Shown: positions 1 through 27,583 of the stretch, one piece after another
Layout: every line of letters begins with the position of its first letter
Numbering within the stretch: position 1 is the stretch's first letter
Origin: the human T2T-CHM13v2.0 reference genome, Homo sapiens
Strand: one strand, 5' to 3'
Assembly (NCBI RefSeq): GCF_009914755.1
Contig: NC_060934.1
DNA: 64,000 nucleotides
Program-made: the position numbers and the translations under genes
Notes under the pieces: generated by a model
What the model was told of the DNA's origin: nothing
Database searches by the model: none
What the model saw: the letters and a program-made list of their open reading frames with translations, nothing else

Positions 1-291
1 GGGTAATAAAAAAGAAAAAAGATGCCCCTGCTCAGAAATTCAGACCTAAACTGATGGCACCAAGGCAAATATAGCCCTGAGGGCACAGTCCCCTCAAGCT
101 TTCTGCAAGCACAGTGCTGTCTGGGAGCATTAACTCTTTGACTCTGAGCCCATTCTTCACACTTCAGCTTAGATGTTAACCTTTAGGAAGCCATACTTGC
201 CTTACCAATCTCCTTGAAAAGGGTTTGGTGTCTCTGCTACATGCTCTCATTGCAACTTTTTACTCCCTTTATTAAGGTTTATCAGTGTGTA

Positions 292-1445
<1,154 letters not shown>

Positions 1446-1872
1446 AGGAAAAAATAAATACATAAAGTAAAATAGGGAGAGTATCCTTGAGTATCCAGGC
1501 AGGCACAATCTAATCTGATAATGTGAGCTCTTAAAAGCAGAGAATTTCCTCCACCTGGAGGCAGTAGAAAGGGAAGTCAGAGAGATTCCAAGCATGAGAA
1601 GGATTTGACTGGTCACTATTGGCTCTGAGATGGAGGGGCCCACATGCAAGGAGCTAAGAGTGGTCCCCAGCTGACAGCCAGCAAGGAGCCAGGAACCTCA
1701 CTCTTACAATCACAAGGAACTGGATTCTGGCAACAACTGAATGACCTTGGAAGTGGATTCTTCCCAGAGCCCTGGAGAAGATCCCAGCGGCTACCACCTT
1801 GATATCAGCCTTATAAAAGCCTGAGCAGAGAAACCTGCCAAGCTGACCTGGACCTGTCATCTACAGAGCTGA

Positions 1873-2208
<336 letters not shown>

Positions 2209-2674
2209 TTAAATGGGTGCTGTTCTAAGGCTCTAAGTTGGTGGGTTTTTGTTATGGCATTAGGAGACCAACAATCCCCAATGAGCTATGAGCTCTGTGG
2301 GAGCAGAAGAGACATCGACTTGTTCATTATTGTACCCTCTGTACCTACCTGCCTAGATATTGCCTAGGACACTGCCCTAGGCACTCAAAAACACCCTGTG
2401 ATAGGAAGAATGGAAACCTACCCTTCCACCAGGCTTTGCTTTTGGAGAAGTTATCTGTGGCAGAATCCATTATTCCACTAGTGATTGGAGGGAACATTTT
2501 CAAATAAAGATACTGGATACAGGGCTTTCTCTGCAGGCTAAGTGAGCAGAGGCCCCACTCTGGCCTTGGATTTTATGTTTTAATGGATAAGCTACAGCTG
2601 CTCCCTGGAGAAACAGATCCTGGCGGTCTGCTCTGAGTGTGCAGCTCCTTTGGAAGTACACAAGGCTGCCAACA

Positions 2675-2860
2675 AGAGCATGTGTACATGTGTCTGTGCA
2701 TGTTAGCGCATGCGTGTGCACACATAAGTGTCCATGCACTCACATTGACAAGAGTGTGAGGGCACTGTGAGCAGGAGAGGAACCATTTCCAGGTGCCTGT
2801 GGGTGTCTGTGAGTGCAAACTGCACACGTGTGAGTCTGAACACGTGGATGTGTGTGAGCA
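2675..2860. repeat. Degenerate (TG/CA)n purine-pyrimidine-rich tract
   Basis: gcatgtgtacatgtgt, gcgcatgcgtgtgcacacat, tgcacacgtgtg. Confidence 0.7.
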
Positions 2861-3117
2861 GAGGAGCAGTTGTTTCTAGGACAGGTTTCCTGTCCCACAT
2901 GGGAAATTGCACGTGGCCCAACATCCGAGATGCAACATTTAAAAGGATTTCCTTCCAGAGTTTCTTAAAAGAATGAACTCCCCCAGGATGCTGAAAATGG
3001 AATTCTATTTAGGAAAATGCCATATTGCACACACCTTTTTAGGAATGCTATATCTATGAAATGAATTATGCCTGTTTGTTAAAAATTACCTTCAACTTGG
3101 CTCTTGGTAGCTTCTCA

Positions 3118-3612
<495 letters not shown>

Positions 3613-4758
3613 TTAATCCTTAGAAAGGACTAATGAATTATTAACGATGAAATAAATAAAAATACTATTTATTAAGTGCTTACTGTGTGCCAAGTTCTTG
3701 GCTAAGCCCTAAGGCTACCTAACCTCACTTTGCAAATGAAGAGCTAAGAAGTTGCTTGCCCAAAACCACACGTCAATTATTGTCAAAACTGGAGTGGGAA
3801 TTCAAGTTTATCACCTCAATTCTTTGCAGCAACCCTGCGAGGCCTATGCCCTAGCTCCTCAGCTGTCATCCCTTCTTCCTGTTAAAACATTCCTACAATG
3901 TGTCTCTTTTACAGGAACCAGTTTGAAGTCACAGCTGGAAAGGATCTGACACTGTGATAACATCATCCTGGTTACTTCTCCCAAAGGATTGACACTTTAA
4001 CCTGAGGCCTGAACAGCCTTCTCGGTGAACCCCAGTGAGCCAAGCAGATTATCTCCTGGTCAGCCTAGTTTTCCAATGCACAATGCCTCATGCATTGTGA
4101 GAGTCACCTCTTCAGAACAACATACCACTCCCTCAATTCCTCAAGAATATTCACTAGCTCCCCATTGCCTGCAGGGCATCCAGAGCTTGGCTGTCTTCTA
4201 ACTCATCTCCTATTGCTTGGCCCAATGCTCCAGCTACTGACCCTCTCTGTCCTCCACCAATACAATGTGCCCCTTCTCCCCCAGGGCCCACTTCTGCCTC
4301 CTCTTTGCCTGTCCAAACTCCTCTCATTCTCTAGGGCCAGGAAACTCCTACTGACCTTGCCTTTCCCTCCCAGAAGTCCTGATGTGCTATGCTTTGAATT
4401 GCCTCTTCCTCTTTTGCCATTATCTATTGCCTTGCATCATTTGTAAGTTTGGCCTGGGATGTCTTTGCCTCCCAGACATGCTAGGGACAGGGACCTTGTG
4501 CTGTTATTTTTCTCATATCCCTCACAGTGCCTATGACAGAGGAAGGCCTGGAGTAGATGCTTCAGAAATACCTGAGAATTGAAAAAACCAAGGCAAGGGA
4601 AAGTGTGCCAAGGGGAGCTCTCATCTTTCTGTTCTTTAGGTCTCAGTTTAAAGGTTATTTTTGCATATCCCCACCTTGTTCCCACCTACCCCACAAATGA
4701 CCAAAATTGGATTCTATGAGCAGTCATTTTCCTTCCTGGCATTCATCACATTTTATAC

Positions 4759-5060
4759 TTTTTTTTTTTTTTTTTTTGAGACAGAGTTTCGCTCTTGTTG
4801 CCCAGGCTGGAGTGCAATGGCATGATCTTGGCTCACTGCAACCTCCACCTCCTGGGTCAGGTGATTCTCCTGCCTCAGCCTCCTGAGTAGCTGGGATTAC
4901 AGGTGCACTCAGCTAATTTTTTTTTTTTTTTTTTTTTTTTAGTAGAGATGAGGTTTCACCATGTTGGCCAGGCTGGTCTCAAACTCCTGACCTCAGGTGA
5001 TCTGCCCACCTCAGCCTCCCGAAGTGCTGGGATTACAGGCGTGAGCCACCGCGCCTGGCC
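4759..5060 (-). mobile_element. Alu
   Basis: Antisense dimer with expanded middle T-run. Confidence 0.9.
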
Positions 5061-5203
5061 ATATTTTATACTACTTTTATGTGACTCTGTGTTTGCTGAC
5101 TGCTTTCTACTAGACTCTAAGCTCCACAGAACACCTGTTCGGTTCACCTCTATATCCCCAGTATCTAGCTTGATGCACAATAGGGGCTCAAAACTATTTG
5201 TTG

Positions 5204-5568
<365 letters not shown>

Positions 5569-5891
5569 TCAGGAACTCTCCATAAGAACACTTCCATTTT
5601 TCAGTCTAGACCAGGGACTCAGGTCTGAGAGGACCAGTATCTCTAGGGTAAATATAACCCCAGCCACAAAGCAAATTGAAGCAGTCCCCCTTTCCTGAGC
5701 ACTAAGTATGTTCCAGGCACTGTACTGAGTGCTTTGCCCACAGGCCCCAGTTACTCTTCACCACACCCATAGAAAGTAAGCATCATGAGCAGCTCCATCA
5801 TACAGATGAGGGATCTGAAGCTGTGCATTTCTACCCCTCCCAGCCTTTCTAGTTGTGTGTGGTTCCCATCTTGCAGGGGAAGAAAATCTCA

Positions 5892-6514
<623 letters not shown>

Positions 6515-6936
6515 TCAGAGTCCCTTTCACCCACACCTCTATTGTTCCTCCTTTTCTCCATGTAGCCATTGCAGTACCACCATTCCACACTGAGGCTCAG
6601 AGAAGCAAGTCAGCCTGCTCAGGATCATGAAGCTGGAAAGTGATGAAATCAACCACCTTAAAACAACTCCCCACAGGTGGGGGCAAGGCTGACCCCTTTA
6701 AGCAAACCTCCTTTGTGTAGAAGCAGCAGCTGGAGAAACAGCTGCCAGATGGAACACTGGCCTTCACTTTCCAGCTGGGAGCCATCCAGCTCTATGCAGC
6801 TTTACTGGAGGAGTTCCTTGGAGGAAAAGCTCCTCCATGGGAGGCCTCGTTTAAGCAAACACGGTCACATGAGGTGTTGCAGCAGCAGCAGGCCACCGCA
6901 GAGATAGCTGCTTGGGTGCAGGGCCATGAAGACCTC

Positions 6937-7440
6937 TGAGACTGAACATACAAATGGGCAATGGCCAGACTATATTTAAAAATAGAACTCCAACCCACAA
7001 CCTGTAGCAACCAATTCAGAAAGCTGACCCACCATTGGCAACCAAGTCCAGGAAGCCAAACAGTCTCTGCGGCAATCAGCCCAAAATGGCCAGAACTTGA
7101 CCAACAACTGACAAAATGCCCAGAACTTGACCAACAACATCCTAATTTTTGCCCCAGTGTGCAACTTAGGACCAATTGGAGGAAGCCAGATGTGCTCCCC
7201 TAACCAGTCACATAGGATGTCCCGCTTCTAATAGGCCCACCTACAGCTTCCTGATGTCAACAGCCTCCAATCAGGGCACACCCAAAGCCTCCCCTTTTCC
7301 CACCACAAAGCTTCTCCACTTCCCTGCCCACCTTTGAGTCCTCTGACAAAGGCAAGTGATGGTAGCTGACTCCCTTGCTATAGCAAGCTCTGAATCAATA
7401 GGCTTTGCTCATTTTCATGTGGGCTTCGTTTATTTCTATA
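6937..7440 (+). mobile_element. ERV1-like solo LTR (family not assigned)
   Basis: 504 bp, TG...TA ends, 4-bp TSD cctc at 6933-6936 and 7441-7444, LTR-like ccaatcag and poly(A)-region motifs. Confidence 0.7.
7082..7138. repeat. 30-bp tandem duplication inside the LTR
   Basis: caaaatggccagaacttgaccaacaactga / caaaatgcccagaacttgaccaacaac. Confidence 0.92.
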
Positions 7441-8189
7441 CCTCCTAGTTGCTTAATTGTTTTATGACTTGATTTTCTTATCTGTGAAATGGGACCATAA
7501 TTTTGGACACAAATCTTTTGGGAGGAAAATGCCTTGAATTGCAGGGGAGTCCCCGATACATCCCCACTCCCTGGGTCACCTCTGATCTCAGTTCAGCTGC
7601 CACATAACCCACCTCCCTCTTGTTCTGAGCATAACTGGGCACATCTACATGCCCAGTTCCTTCATTTTTTCAGGGGAGGACCCTGAATCCAAGCAGGAAA
7701 ATGCTGACTTACCCGAGGTCCTCTCCTCCAGAGGTTTTTAATGACCCAGTCTTGCTCTCTGGTTTCCTCCCTCCTGACTGCCCAGGAAAGCAAGCACATG
7801 AGCCTTTTCAGCAACTCTGCAGGGTGGGGCTTCAATCTATGGTGAAACTGAGGAGGCTAAAGGAGGAAAAATGCACACAGGAGTGAGTTACCAGGCCACA
7901 GAAGCTTCCCAACCAGGAAAGGCCAGTTGTGGCCTGCATACGGAGCTCTGCCCTCCATAGGGAGGTTTTTCTTCCTTGGTTTCAGGGAGCGTGAGCCCCA
8001 CCCAGGTTTTCTGAACCTCTTTTATTCAGGGAGGCTGGCTGGCTCTAGGAGAGTCCCTTTTCCCTTCCTGGGGTTGTTTCCACCCAAGCCTGGCTCCACC
8101 TTCTCACTGCAAGACAAAAGCAAAGGGGATCACAAATCACAGTACTCACCATTCTAGTAGTAGTGTGCCATAATACACGATATTAACTA

Positions 8190-8360
8190 CTTTTCATATA
8201 TAGACCCTTTCAGTCCTCAGAACAGCCCTCTGATACATATATGTACCATTATTAGCATGTCCATTTAACAAATGGGGAAACTGAGTCATGGAGCCATCAG
8301 ATGATGTGCCCAAAGTCACACAAATAGCAAGTCGAAGAACAGGGATTAAAACCCACATCC
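8190..8360. mobile_element. MIR relic (similar relics near 3640-3800, 5690-5830, 25975-26180, 33760-33900, 40290-40470)
   Basis: MIR core motifs such as aaatggggaaactgag...cccaaagtcacaca. Confidence 0.65.
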
Positions 8361-8429
8361 AGAGATGAGCTCTCAAACACCTTATGGTACCACTTCAGAA
8401 TGTTTTCAAATGAACACAAGTATGAATAG

Positions 8430-8730
<301 letters not shown>

Positions 8731-9115
8731 AAAAAAATCAAATACTAATAGAACAGTATTTTGTGTGTTCCAAAGTTGGGAGCAGGATTCATTTATATTT
8801 CAGAGAAATGCTGGGTTCTTTCTCATTTATTCTTAGTTCATTTGGCTTCCACAAACATTCACTGACCCCTAAGAGAGATACCGAGAGATATGAATAAGGC
8901 CTTCTCCGCCTCAGACCTAGCACTTTCCCGGGGTTGAGGAGGCCACTCTGCTAACCCCCAACCCACTCACTTCAGGGCTTCCCAGATGGTGAAATATAGT
9001 TTACACTCAGAAAAGAGCAGGACACACGTATCACCAGACAACACACGTAACACTGGAAGAGCTAGTTTTACATCCAGATTCCTGGGCTTCAACCTAGGAA
9101 AAGAGCCTGAGAAAC

Positions 9116-10070
<955 letters not shown>

Positions 10071-10889
10071 TAACTAGCATGCTGGGTGAATTTTATCAGG
10101 ACAGTGAACCAGGACTCTCTGAAATCCCTTCCCCGGGATAGTCAACGAGGCTTTCAATTTAAACTTGCATTTGAAGCTTGCAGAGACTCACACTGACTTA
10201 CCCAGGCCCTAACACACAGCAGCTGTCTCCATGGTTGCGCCAGGTAGTGAAGGATACAGGGCAGCAGGAAACGAGTCCCGGTTCTCAGGTGGATCCCGTG
10301 CTTCCACCTCTGTTAGAGCCCAGGCCCTGAGGGCATAGGGCCAAATTGCCACAGAGCTCCAGAGAAATCTGTCTCTCCCGTCCCCCACCCTAAGACTGAG
10401 CTGCTGGAGGAAAGAGGCCAGGTTTGTTTCCTTTTATTGGTTAACTCTCTTCAGTCGCCCCTTTCTCCTGCAGACACCTTGGGGACTTTTAGTAATTGTC
10501 AGCTGAATGAATAAATTAATGACAGAGGGAGACAGACATGTTAACAGCTAACAGTAATTCAAGCAGAATGGAGTAAGTGCTAAATAGTGGTGGAATGAGT
10601 CATGAATGCTGACAGGGAAGGAAGAGGGAAAAAGGCATTCATTCTCTCCCCCTCCACTGTCAAAACAGTGCCTTCACTCTTCCTCCCTCCATCTCTCTTA
10701 CAGGCACCAGAGAGCAGAAAATGTATGTGTATAGTTTCAAGAACAGTTCCAAAGCAAACACCCATATAGTCACCCCCATGTGCTGGCCCCCAGGATAAGA
10801 AATAGAACCTTGCCAGAACCTCAGAAGCCTTTCCTGGCCCCCTCCATGACATCATCATTCCCCGCCTCTTGCCCTCATCTAACTTCTAA

Positions 10890-11631
<742 letters not shown>

Positions 11632-12105
11632 TGAATTTATGACCACACGTTTTCTTCTGTGGCTTGCTTTCTTTGTGCAATATTTTTTGGACTTTTGCCT
11701 GTGTCGATGCTTGTGGTGGTAGGTATACATTCTCACTGCTGCATGGCCGATTCTATTGTGTAAACATACCACAACTTACTTAGCCATTCTCCTGTGGATG
11801 GTCATTTGGATTGTGTCCAGTCTTTGGCAATTACTAGCAATGCTGCTGTATGTGACTCCTAATGCACACATCTATTTAATATATTTAAGAGGAAGTGCTG
11901 GGTCATGGGGTATGTGATTTTCAACTTTCCCAGCTAGTGCCTAACTGTTTTCTGAAATGCATCTGCTTCTAGACTGTCTCATTTGCAGTTCAACTTACTC
12001 AGTAGCACTAGGGTAGTCTCTCCTAACAGGTAATACCAATTGAACTCTCTTAGTTTCATCAGGGTAAGCGTTTGGGGAAAGGGGAGGATAAAAATGGTTA
12101 GGTGT

Positions 12106-12975
<870 letters not shown>

Positions 12976-12984
12976 AATTATTTT

Positions 12985-13430
12985 TTTCTGTGAGTAACAG
13001 AAATCCCCAAATAACAGCAGATTAAACAAAACAGAAATACATTTCTCTCCCACATAAATGAAAGTCTGAAGTCAGCTATCCAGACTGATACAGTGCTCCA
13101 CGAGGTAGTTTCCTTTGCTCTTGTTCCACTGTCTCTGCAAATGGCTTGAGCTGCTTGAGCTCCAGCCATCACGTCTATATCCTAGCCAACAAGAAGGAGG
13201 AAAGACAAAAAGAAATTTTTGTCTCTTTCCTTTGAATACACTTTCAGAAAGTCACACAGGCACTGCATATATTCCAGTGGCCAGAGCTTAATCTCACAGA
13301 AAGAAAGATCTGCAAGTGATACTGGGAAATGTAGTCCTTGTTCTTGGTGGCTGTGTGCACAGCTAAAATCCGGGAGTTTCATGATTAAGGAAGGAGGGAG
13401 AATGGATTTTGCAGGACAATGAACAATCTC
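12985..13430. mobile_element. Old MaLR-like LTR fragment
   Basis: gtaacagaaatccccaaataacagcagattaaaca...actgggaaatgtagtc pattern of old MLT1 LTRs. Confidence 0.5.
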
Positions 13431-13561
13431 TGCTATGGATATCCTTGCTCAGGAAAGCACTTCTGGGTAGGTCTGCCTAATGCCCTCACCACACACACTT
13501 ACAGATACATATCTCAGAAGTCGAAATGGAGAGTAAAGTAGGTATTTAGCAATGCCATGTC

Positions 13562-14759
<1,198 letters not shown>

Positions 14760-14856
14760 TCTATGCTTAATTTTCTGAGGGACTGCCACACTCTTTTCCA
14801 TAGCAGATGCATGATTGTACATTTCCACCCAGAGTGCACAAAAATTTCAGTTTCTC

Positions 14857-15937
<1,081 letters not shown>

Positions 15938-17163
15938 TAAACTGAACCCAGACCCTGGCATATTAGAGGTGGTTACACAGTGAACGCATTTGACGAACAG
16001 TCGAGGTAATTTTGTTTTCCAGGGTTTGCTCCATGAATAAACAATCTCTGAGAGGCTAGTATCTTGTCCAAGGTCAAGAGCCTGAATTTGAATTGTCTGA
16101 CTGAAAGGCAGCATGTTCTCTACTAGTCACCTCTCTACCTGGTTCCACCCTATGCAAGGCAAACAAACGCAGAAGAAAGAAACCCATTGCCGTGCAAAAT
16201 CCAGTGATTCCAAACCCAACCAGCCCACCAGGGATGTTCTGGGAGTCCGAGCTGGGGACAGGAGCACAGCCAGCCCTAGCCAGCCCTCCCCCCACCACAC
16301 TCAGTGCCTGGCGGGGCAGAGCGAGTCACATTTCAGCCTCACTCACAGGCCAGCTTGAAATTCGGCCCAGCCGCCACTGCCTCCTGAGAACTCCTCCGGA
16401 TGCCTGCAGGCTTATGCGGGGCTGAGTCACTTCCTCACCTTAATTCTCCCCTAATACCTTCCCTTTCTCTGCTGCTTTACTCCTGGCACCACTGTCTGGG
16501 TGTGGAATGTCTGGGGAAGCTGTGCAGGTGGGTTGGCTGAGCTGTCTGCCCAGATACCACAAACATGGCTGGGGAGAGAGGATGCAGGGGTAAAAGTAAA
16601 GCCAGATTTGTCTGCTGGCTCTTAAGCGCATCCTAATCCCCTCAGTCAGTTTGATCTTCGCAAACATGAGCACAGGTCAATATCTCTAAGCTTGGGTCCT
16701 GAGGGGCTGGTGGAGGATGGAGCAGAGGATGGATGAAGAGGAACAGGAAGTGAGGGGAGAGTGATGGCTGCTTTGGCTTTTAGAAACTTCCATCCCACAT
16801 TACTTTCCCTAGGGAAGCTCCCACCTCCCATCCCTGGGAGAACAGACTGCATCCTGGAAGGTCAAGTTCCAGGTCATGTTAAATATGATGGTTTCCTGGA
16901 TGAGTCTAAGGACATATCATTAATATCTTCAGCCTATTTCCAGAAGTCCTGCTGTTCCTCTTACCTACATGTATGCTGTTCTTCCCTGTGTACAACTTAA
17001 CTTTCCTTTTCAGGTTTCGGATGCTTTGTCTGTACATTGCTTTGTGTGTTTGCCTGCCTCAGCTTGTACTTTCGGAGATAGAAATTGGGTCAAAGTTTTA
17101 ATTTTTATTTAAGTTATTCATTTATATAGTTTAAAAAGTCAAGGGATGGTGCAAGATTTATGA

Positions 17164-20150
<2,987 letters not shown>

Positions 20151-20221
20151 CCCAACAGTATTGTGTTTTTGTCTCAGGTTTATATATTTGCATATGGAAT
20201 GTCTATATAAATTATGTTCTT

Positions 20222-20426
20222 GCTGGGCATAGTGGTTTGCACCTGTAGTGCCAGTTCCTGGGGACGCTGGGGCAGGAAGATCACTTGAGCCCAGGAGTTC
20301 TGGGCTGTAGCATGCTATGCCGATCGGGTGCTAAGTTCGGCATCAATATGATGACCTCCCAGGAGCAGAGGACCACCAGGTTGCCCAAGGAGGGGTGAAC
20401 TGGCCCAGATCAGAAAAGGAGCAGGT
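20222..20426 (+). pseudogene. 7SL (SRP RNA) pseudogene, 5' part
   Basis: Contains the 7SL S-domain sequence absent from Alu (ctatgccgatcgggtg...ctaagttcggcatcaatatg...gaccaccaggttgcc...aggggtgaac). Confidence 0.93.
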
Positions 20427-22032
<1,606 letters not shown>

Positions 22033-22566
22033 TGATCCACCCACCTCGGCCTTCCGTGCTCAGCCTGATGCATATTTTTAAGATCTCGCTAAGAAATAAT
22101 AATGATAGGGTTTTTGCCGTATTTTTAAAAGTTCTCTTTTCCCTGCATAAAATAGTTTTCTCCAAGTAGGTTTTTCCATTTATTTTTATCTCTGCCTTTC
22201 ATGTTAGAGACTTTGGTCAGATGTCTGATGACTTGGTTATCTGAGTAGGGGCACTAAAAAGCTGATTGAAAAGTCTGAGCACATGGGGAGAACTTTTTGA
22301 CTATGAACTTCATTGCAGGGTGATCTGGCTGAGCCATTCATTGTTATCAGTATCTTAGGTTTTTGTTTGTTGTTTGTTTGTTTGTTTGTTTTTTAGCTAG
22401 TCAGATTCTCCAAAATACACTCTTTCACTGATCACCTGGAGTTACGAAGCCCTGGGAGCTCAGTGAATGAAGAAGGCTGGGGTTTCACACTACAGCTGTA
22501 AATGTTTGCTTAATCCCCTGCTTGAAGTACAGATCTCTCTTACTAGCTGAGTCCAGAATCCTCTAG

Positions 22567-22921
<355 letters not shown>

Positions 22922-23360
22922 TAATCTCCCGCCAATTTTCTGGATGGCAGGATATGGGGAGGGCATTTGGGGTATATAATTTTTTCTTAAATTTTCAAAC
23001 AGTTCTCTTGTTCTTAAGCCCCACGTTCACCTCTAATTCTGGTGCCAATTCCTGAGCCTGTTGGAAATTCCACAGAGTAAATCTGGTTACTTTTAGCTTC
23101 TTCTCCTGTTCAGTTTAGGACTCAGCTCTCTTGGATCTGCTAAATTAGTTGCCACTTATTCATTTGTTTTCCAGCTTCCAAGAGGGCATAGTTGTCTCCA
23201 TTCCCATTGCTAACTCATGGCCCACTCTGCGTGTGTATGATCTTTCTAGGATCTCAAGTGAAAACCTCAGGTCTTCGCCAAGGTCTCTCTACTCTGGCTG
23301 GGGCCAAACTCCAACTCTCCTAGCCCTGAAAAGCCTCTGAAACTTCAACTCAGCTGTCTA

Positions 23361-23905
<545 letters not shown>

Positions 23906-24220
23906 TTAGCAGGGCTTGGTGATGCATACCTGTAGTCCCAGCTACCCGGGATGCGGAGGTGGGAGGATTGCATGAGTCTGGGAGGTCAAGGTTGCAGCAA
24001 GATGCGATCGCACCACTATTTTCCAGCCTGGACAATAGAGGGAGACCCCAACTCAATAAACAAAATAAAATACAATAACTTTATTGATTTAAAATACAGT
24101 ACGTTGGGATTTAAGATGAGCAATGCCAATCTCATCGTATTTTAGCCTATTGTAACTATCACTGCCTTAGTAAAATTACTAGGAAATGGTCTAGGGCAAT
24201 TTTTTTTTAATGTTCATTCA

Positions 24221-24469
<249 letters not shown>

Positions 24470-24472
24470 TCA

Positions 24473-24580
<108 letters not shown>

Positions 24581-25661
24581 TTAATATATTGATATACTTA
24601 CAATAAAACTCACTCATCTTAAGAGCACAGTTTAATGGCTTTTGATGAATGTAAACACATGTGTAACCATCACCACAATCAAAATATAGAATATTTTTAT
24701 CCCTCAAAAAGCTTCCTTGTGTCTCAAGAAGGATTTTTATGCAGAATTTTTGGGTTTCTGCTCTGTGTCTGCTTCCTCTCCCCGAAATCCCTGTTGCCTC
24801 AGCAGCCTTCACTCTCATCTGTTTTCCCCAGCTAGTAACACTGCTAGTCTCTCCTTGGACACTGTTTCCCATAGTCAAGAAAACGTCTTCAGCGTGAAAG
24901 CAGGGGTGAACTCTCTTAGTGACCATAGCCCTGTACTGGTTGATGTTGCATATCTGCAAAGAGTTATTTACTATATTTTGTCCGGGCTTTATATTCACCC
25001 ACAGCAGAGGCCAAGGAAAGATAAATATGATACCCACTACTCCATCAGACACCTCCATCAGACCTAGAACCAGAGGCTTTAAAATACCTTTTTTTTTTTT
25101 TTTGAAAGGGAGTTTTGCTCTGTCAATCACGCTGGAATGCAGTGGTACAATCTTGACTCACTGAAACCTCCACCTCCCAGGTTCAAGCTATCCTCCTGCC
25201 TCAGCCTCCCGAGTAGCTGGGACTACAGGTGCATGCCACCACGCCCAGCTAATTTTTGTATTTTTTTAGTAAAGACAGGGTTTCACCATGTTGACCAGGC
25301 TGGTTTCAAACTCCTGACCTCAAATGAAGTACCCAAAGTGCTGGGATTGCAGGCATGACCCACCTAGCCTGACCTAAAATAGATTTTTAAATACACATTT
25401 TTCACATTTTCTTGACATGCTGGCTAAAACGGGGAACATGCAGAAAACACTTCACCAAAGTCTCTTCCTTATGGCAATAAGGAGAGCCCTTGTATTTGGA
25501 GCTCTCCTGGTATCTTGAAGATAATCCAAAGAGAATGAATCTAGTGGTGCTGTATTCTGCCACTTCCTCATTGGGTAGCCTCTGGCCACTCCTGGGGGGT
25601 GAGTGGTGGTAGGATGTTGTGATTGTCAAACCAACTACCTGGGAGGCCCTGTGGGGTGTGA

Positions 25662-25898
<237 letters not shown>

Positions 25899-27421
25899 TG
25901 ATCACCTGCCTCGGCCTCCCAAAGTGCTGGGATTACAGGCGTGAGCCACTACGCCTGGCCAGGGTGTGATTTTAGAGTCAGATGGAGCAGGGTTTGCATT
26001 TTGGCTCTGACATTTACTGTGTGCCTGGGGAAAGTGATGGAATCACTCTGGGCTTGGTTTTCTTATTTACAAAACAGAGAGAGTGATACCAATCTTGGAG
26101 GATCATTAGAAGAGTTAATGATGTAGCATATCATATGCTCAGCTGAGTGCCTTCTACGTAGCAACATCCAATATGTGATGGCCACTGATAGCTCTATTTA
26201 TGGACAGGAAGATGCTTTGTACCCTGTTAAGTAGTTCATAAACTTGGTGGTCAGCATCTTTTGGACAGCCCAGCGTCTAAATCCCCCTTCCTCCACTGTG
26301 TGAAGGCCTCCCCTTGCTTCTTGTTCCCCAGGACAGGAATGATAGATATTCACTGTCCCCGTTCTTGCTCTGTGGTGGTCAGTGTGGCTCACTGGATGCT
26401 CCTGCTAAGAAAAACGGGAGAATGTTATTTGGGTAGTGGAGGCAGAGGCAGCACCGGGTCCCTTGGCATGGAACCCAGTGTCCTAACCGGACCATGCCTT
26501 GGGTGGGATCCAGCTGGACTCTGCTGCCAGTAACCCTTGTTTTTTGCTCATTTTCTCATCCTGGGTTTCCAGCCTTCCTGATGATTCTGTGAGCTGCCTG
26601 ATATGTTTCCAAAAACATGACAAAACAAAGCTTTTCCACTTCATTAACCAGATTTGGTTTCTATTTCTTGTTACCAGGAACTCTGATTAATACACTTGGC
26701 GCCAAAAACAATGCAAGTTATTAAAAACAGGGCCATGAGGTCTGACACACCTGTGGGACTGAGAACGCTAAGTGAACACACTTGTTCTCCTGGTTGCTCT
26801 CTTAGCCTTAAGGACAGGCAACTCATGAAAAAAGAAAAATAGCCAAGAAAATCTGAACCTCAGGAGTAAACAAAGAAGTAAAAATTAAAACAGATAGGGC
26901 CAGACACGGTGGCTCATGTCTGTAATCCCAGCACTTTGGGAGGTTGAGGCAGGCAGATCACTTGAGCCCAAGAATTCAACACCAGCCTGGGCAACATGGC
27001 AAAACCCGTCTCTACTAAAAATTCAAAAATTAGCTAGGCATGGTGTCACGTGCCTGTAGTCCCAGCTACTCAGGAGGCTGAGGTGGGAGGATGGCTTGAG
27101 CCCCGGAGGTGGAAGATGGTAGTGAGCTGAGATTGCATCACTGCACTCCAGCCTGGGTGACAGAGCAAGGCCCTCTCTCAAAATAATAAATAAAGAAAAT
27201 AAAATAGATAACATTTTCTCTTGTCAAATTGATAAATGCCCATACATAGATAAATACATGTGCATATAATGAAGTGATAATAGCTGGTGTTGGCAAGGGA
27301 GCAAGTGTCCCACAAGGCGACAGAGAGAGTGCACAGCCTGGGCCAGTCCCAGGGAAGTCCAGCGGAGTGATGGAAACTTACTATTTGAGAAACACTTTAA
27401 AGACGGCTTACTGTTGTCTGA

Positions 27422-27583
<162 letters not shown>

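Noticed and set aside
7082-7138. 30-bp repeat or recurring Alu motifs as a CRISPR-like array
   Set aside because: Only two abutting copies with no spacers, in eukaryotic DNA.
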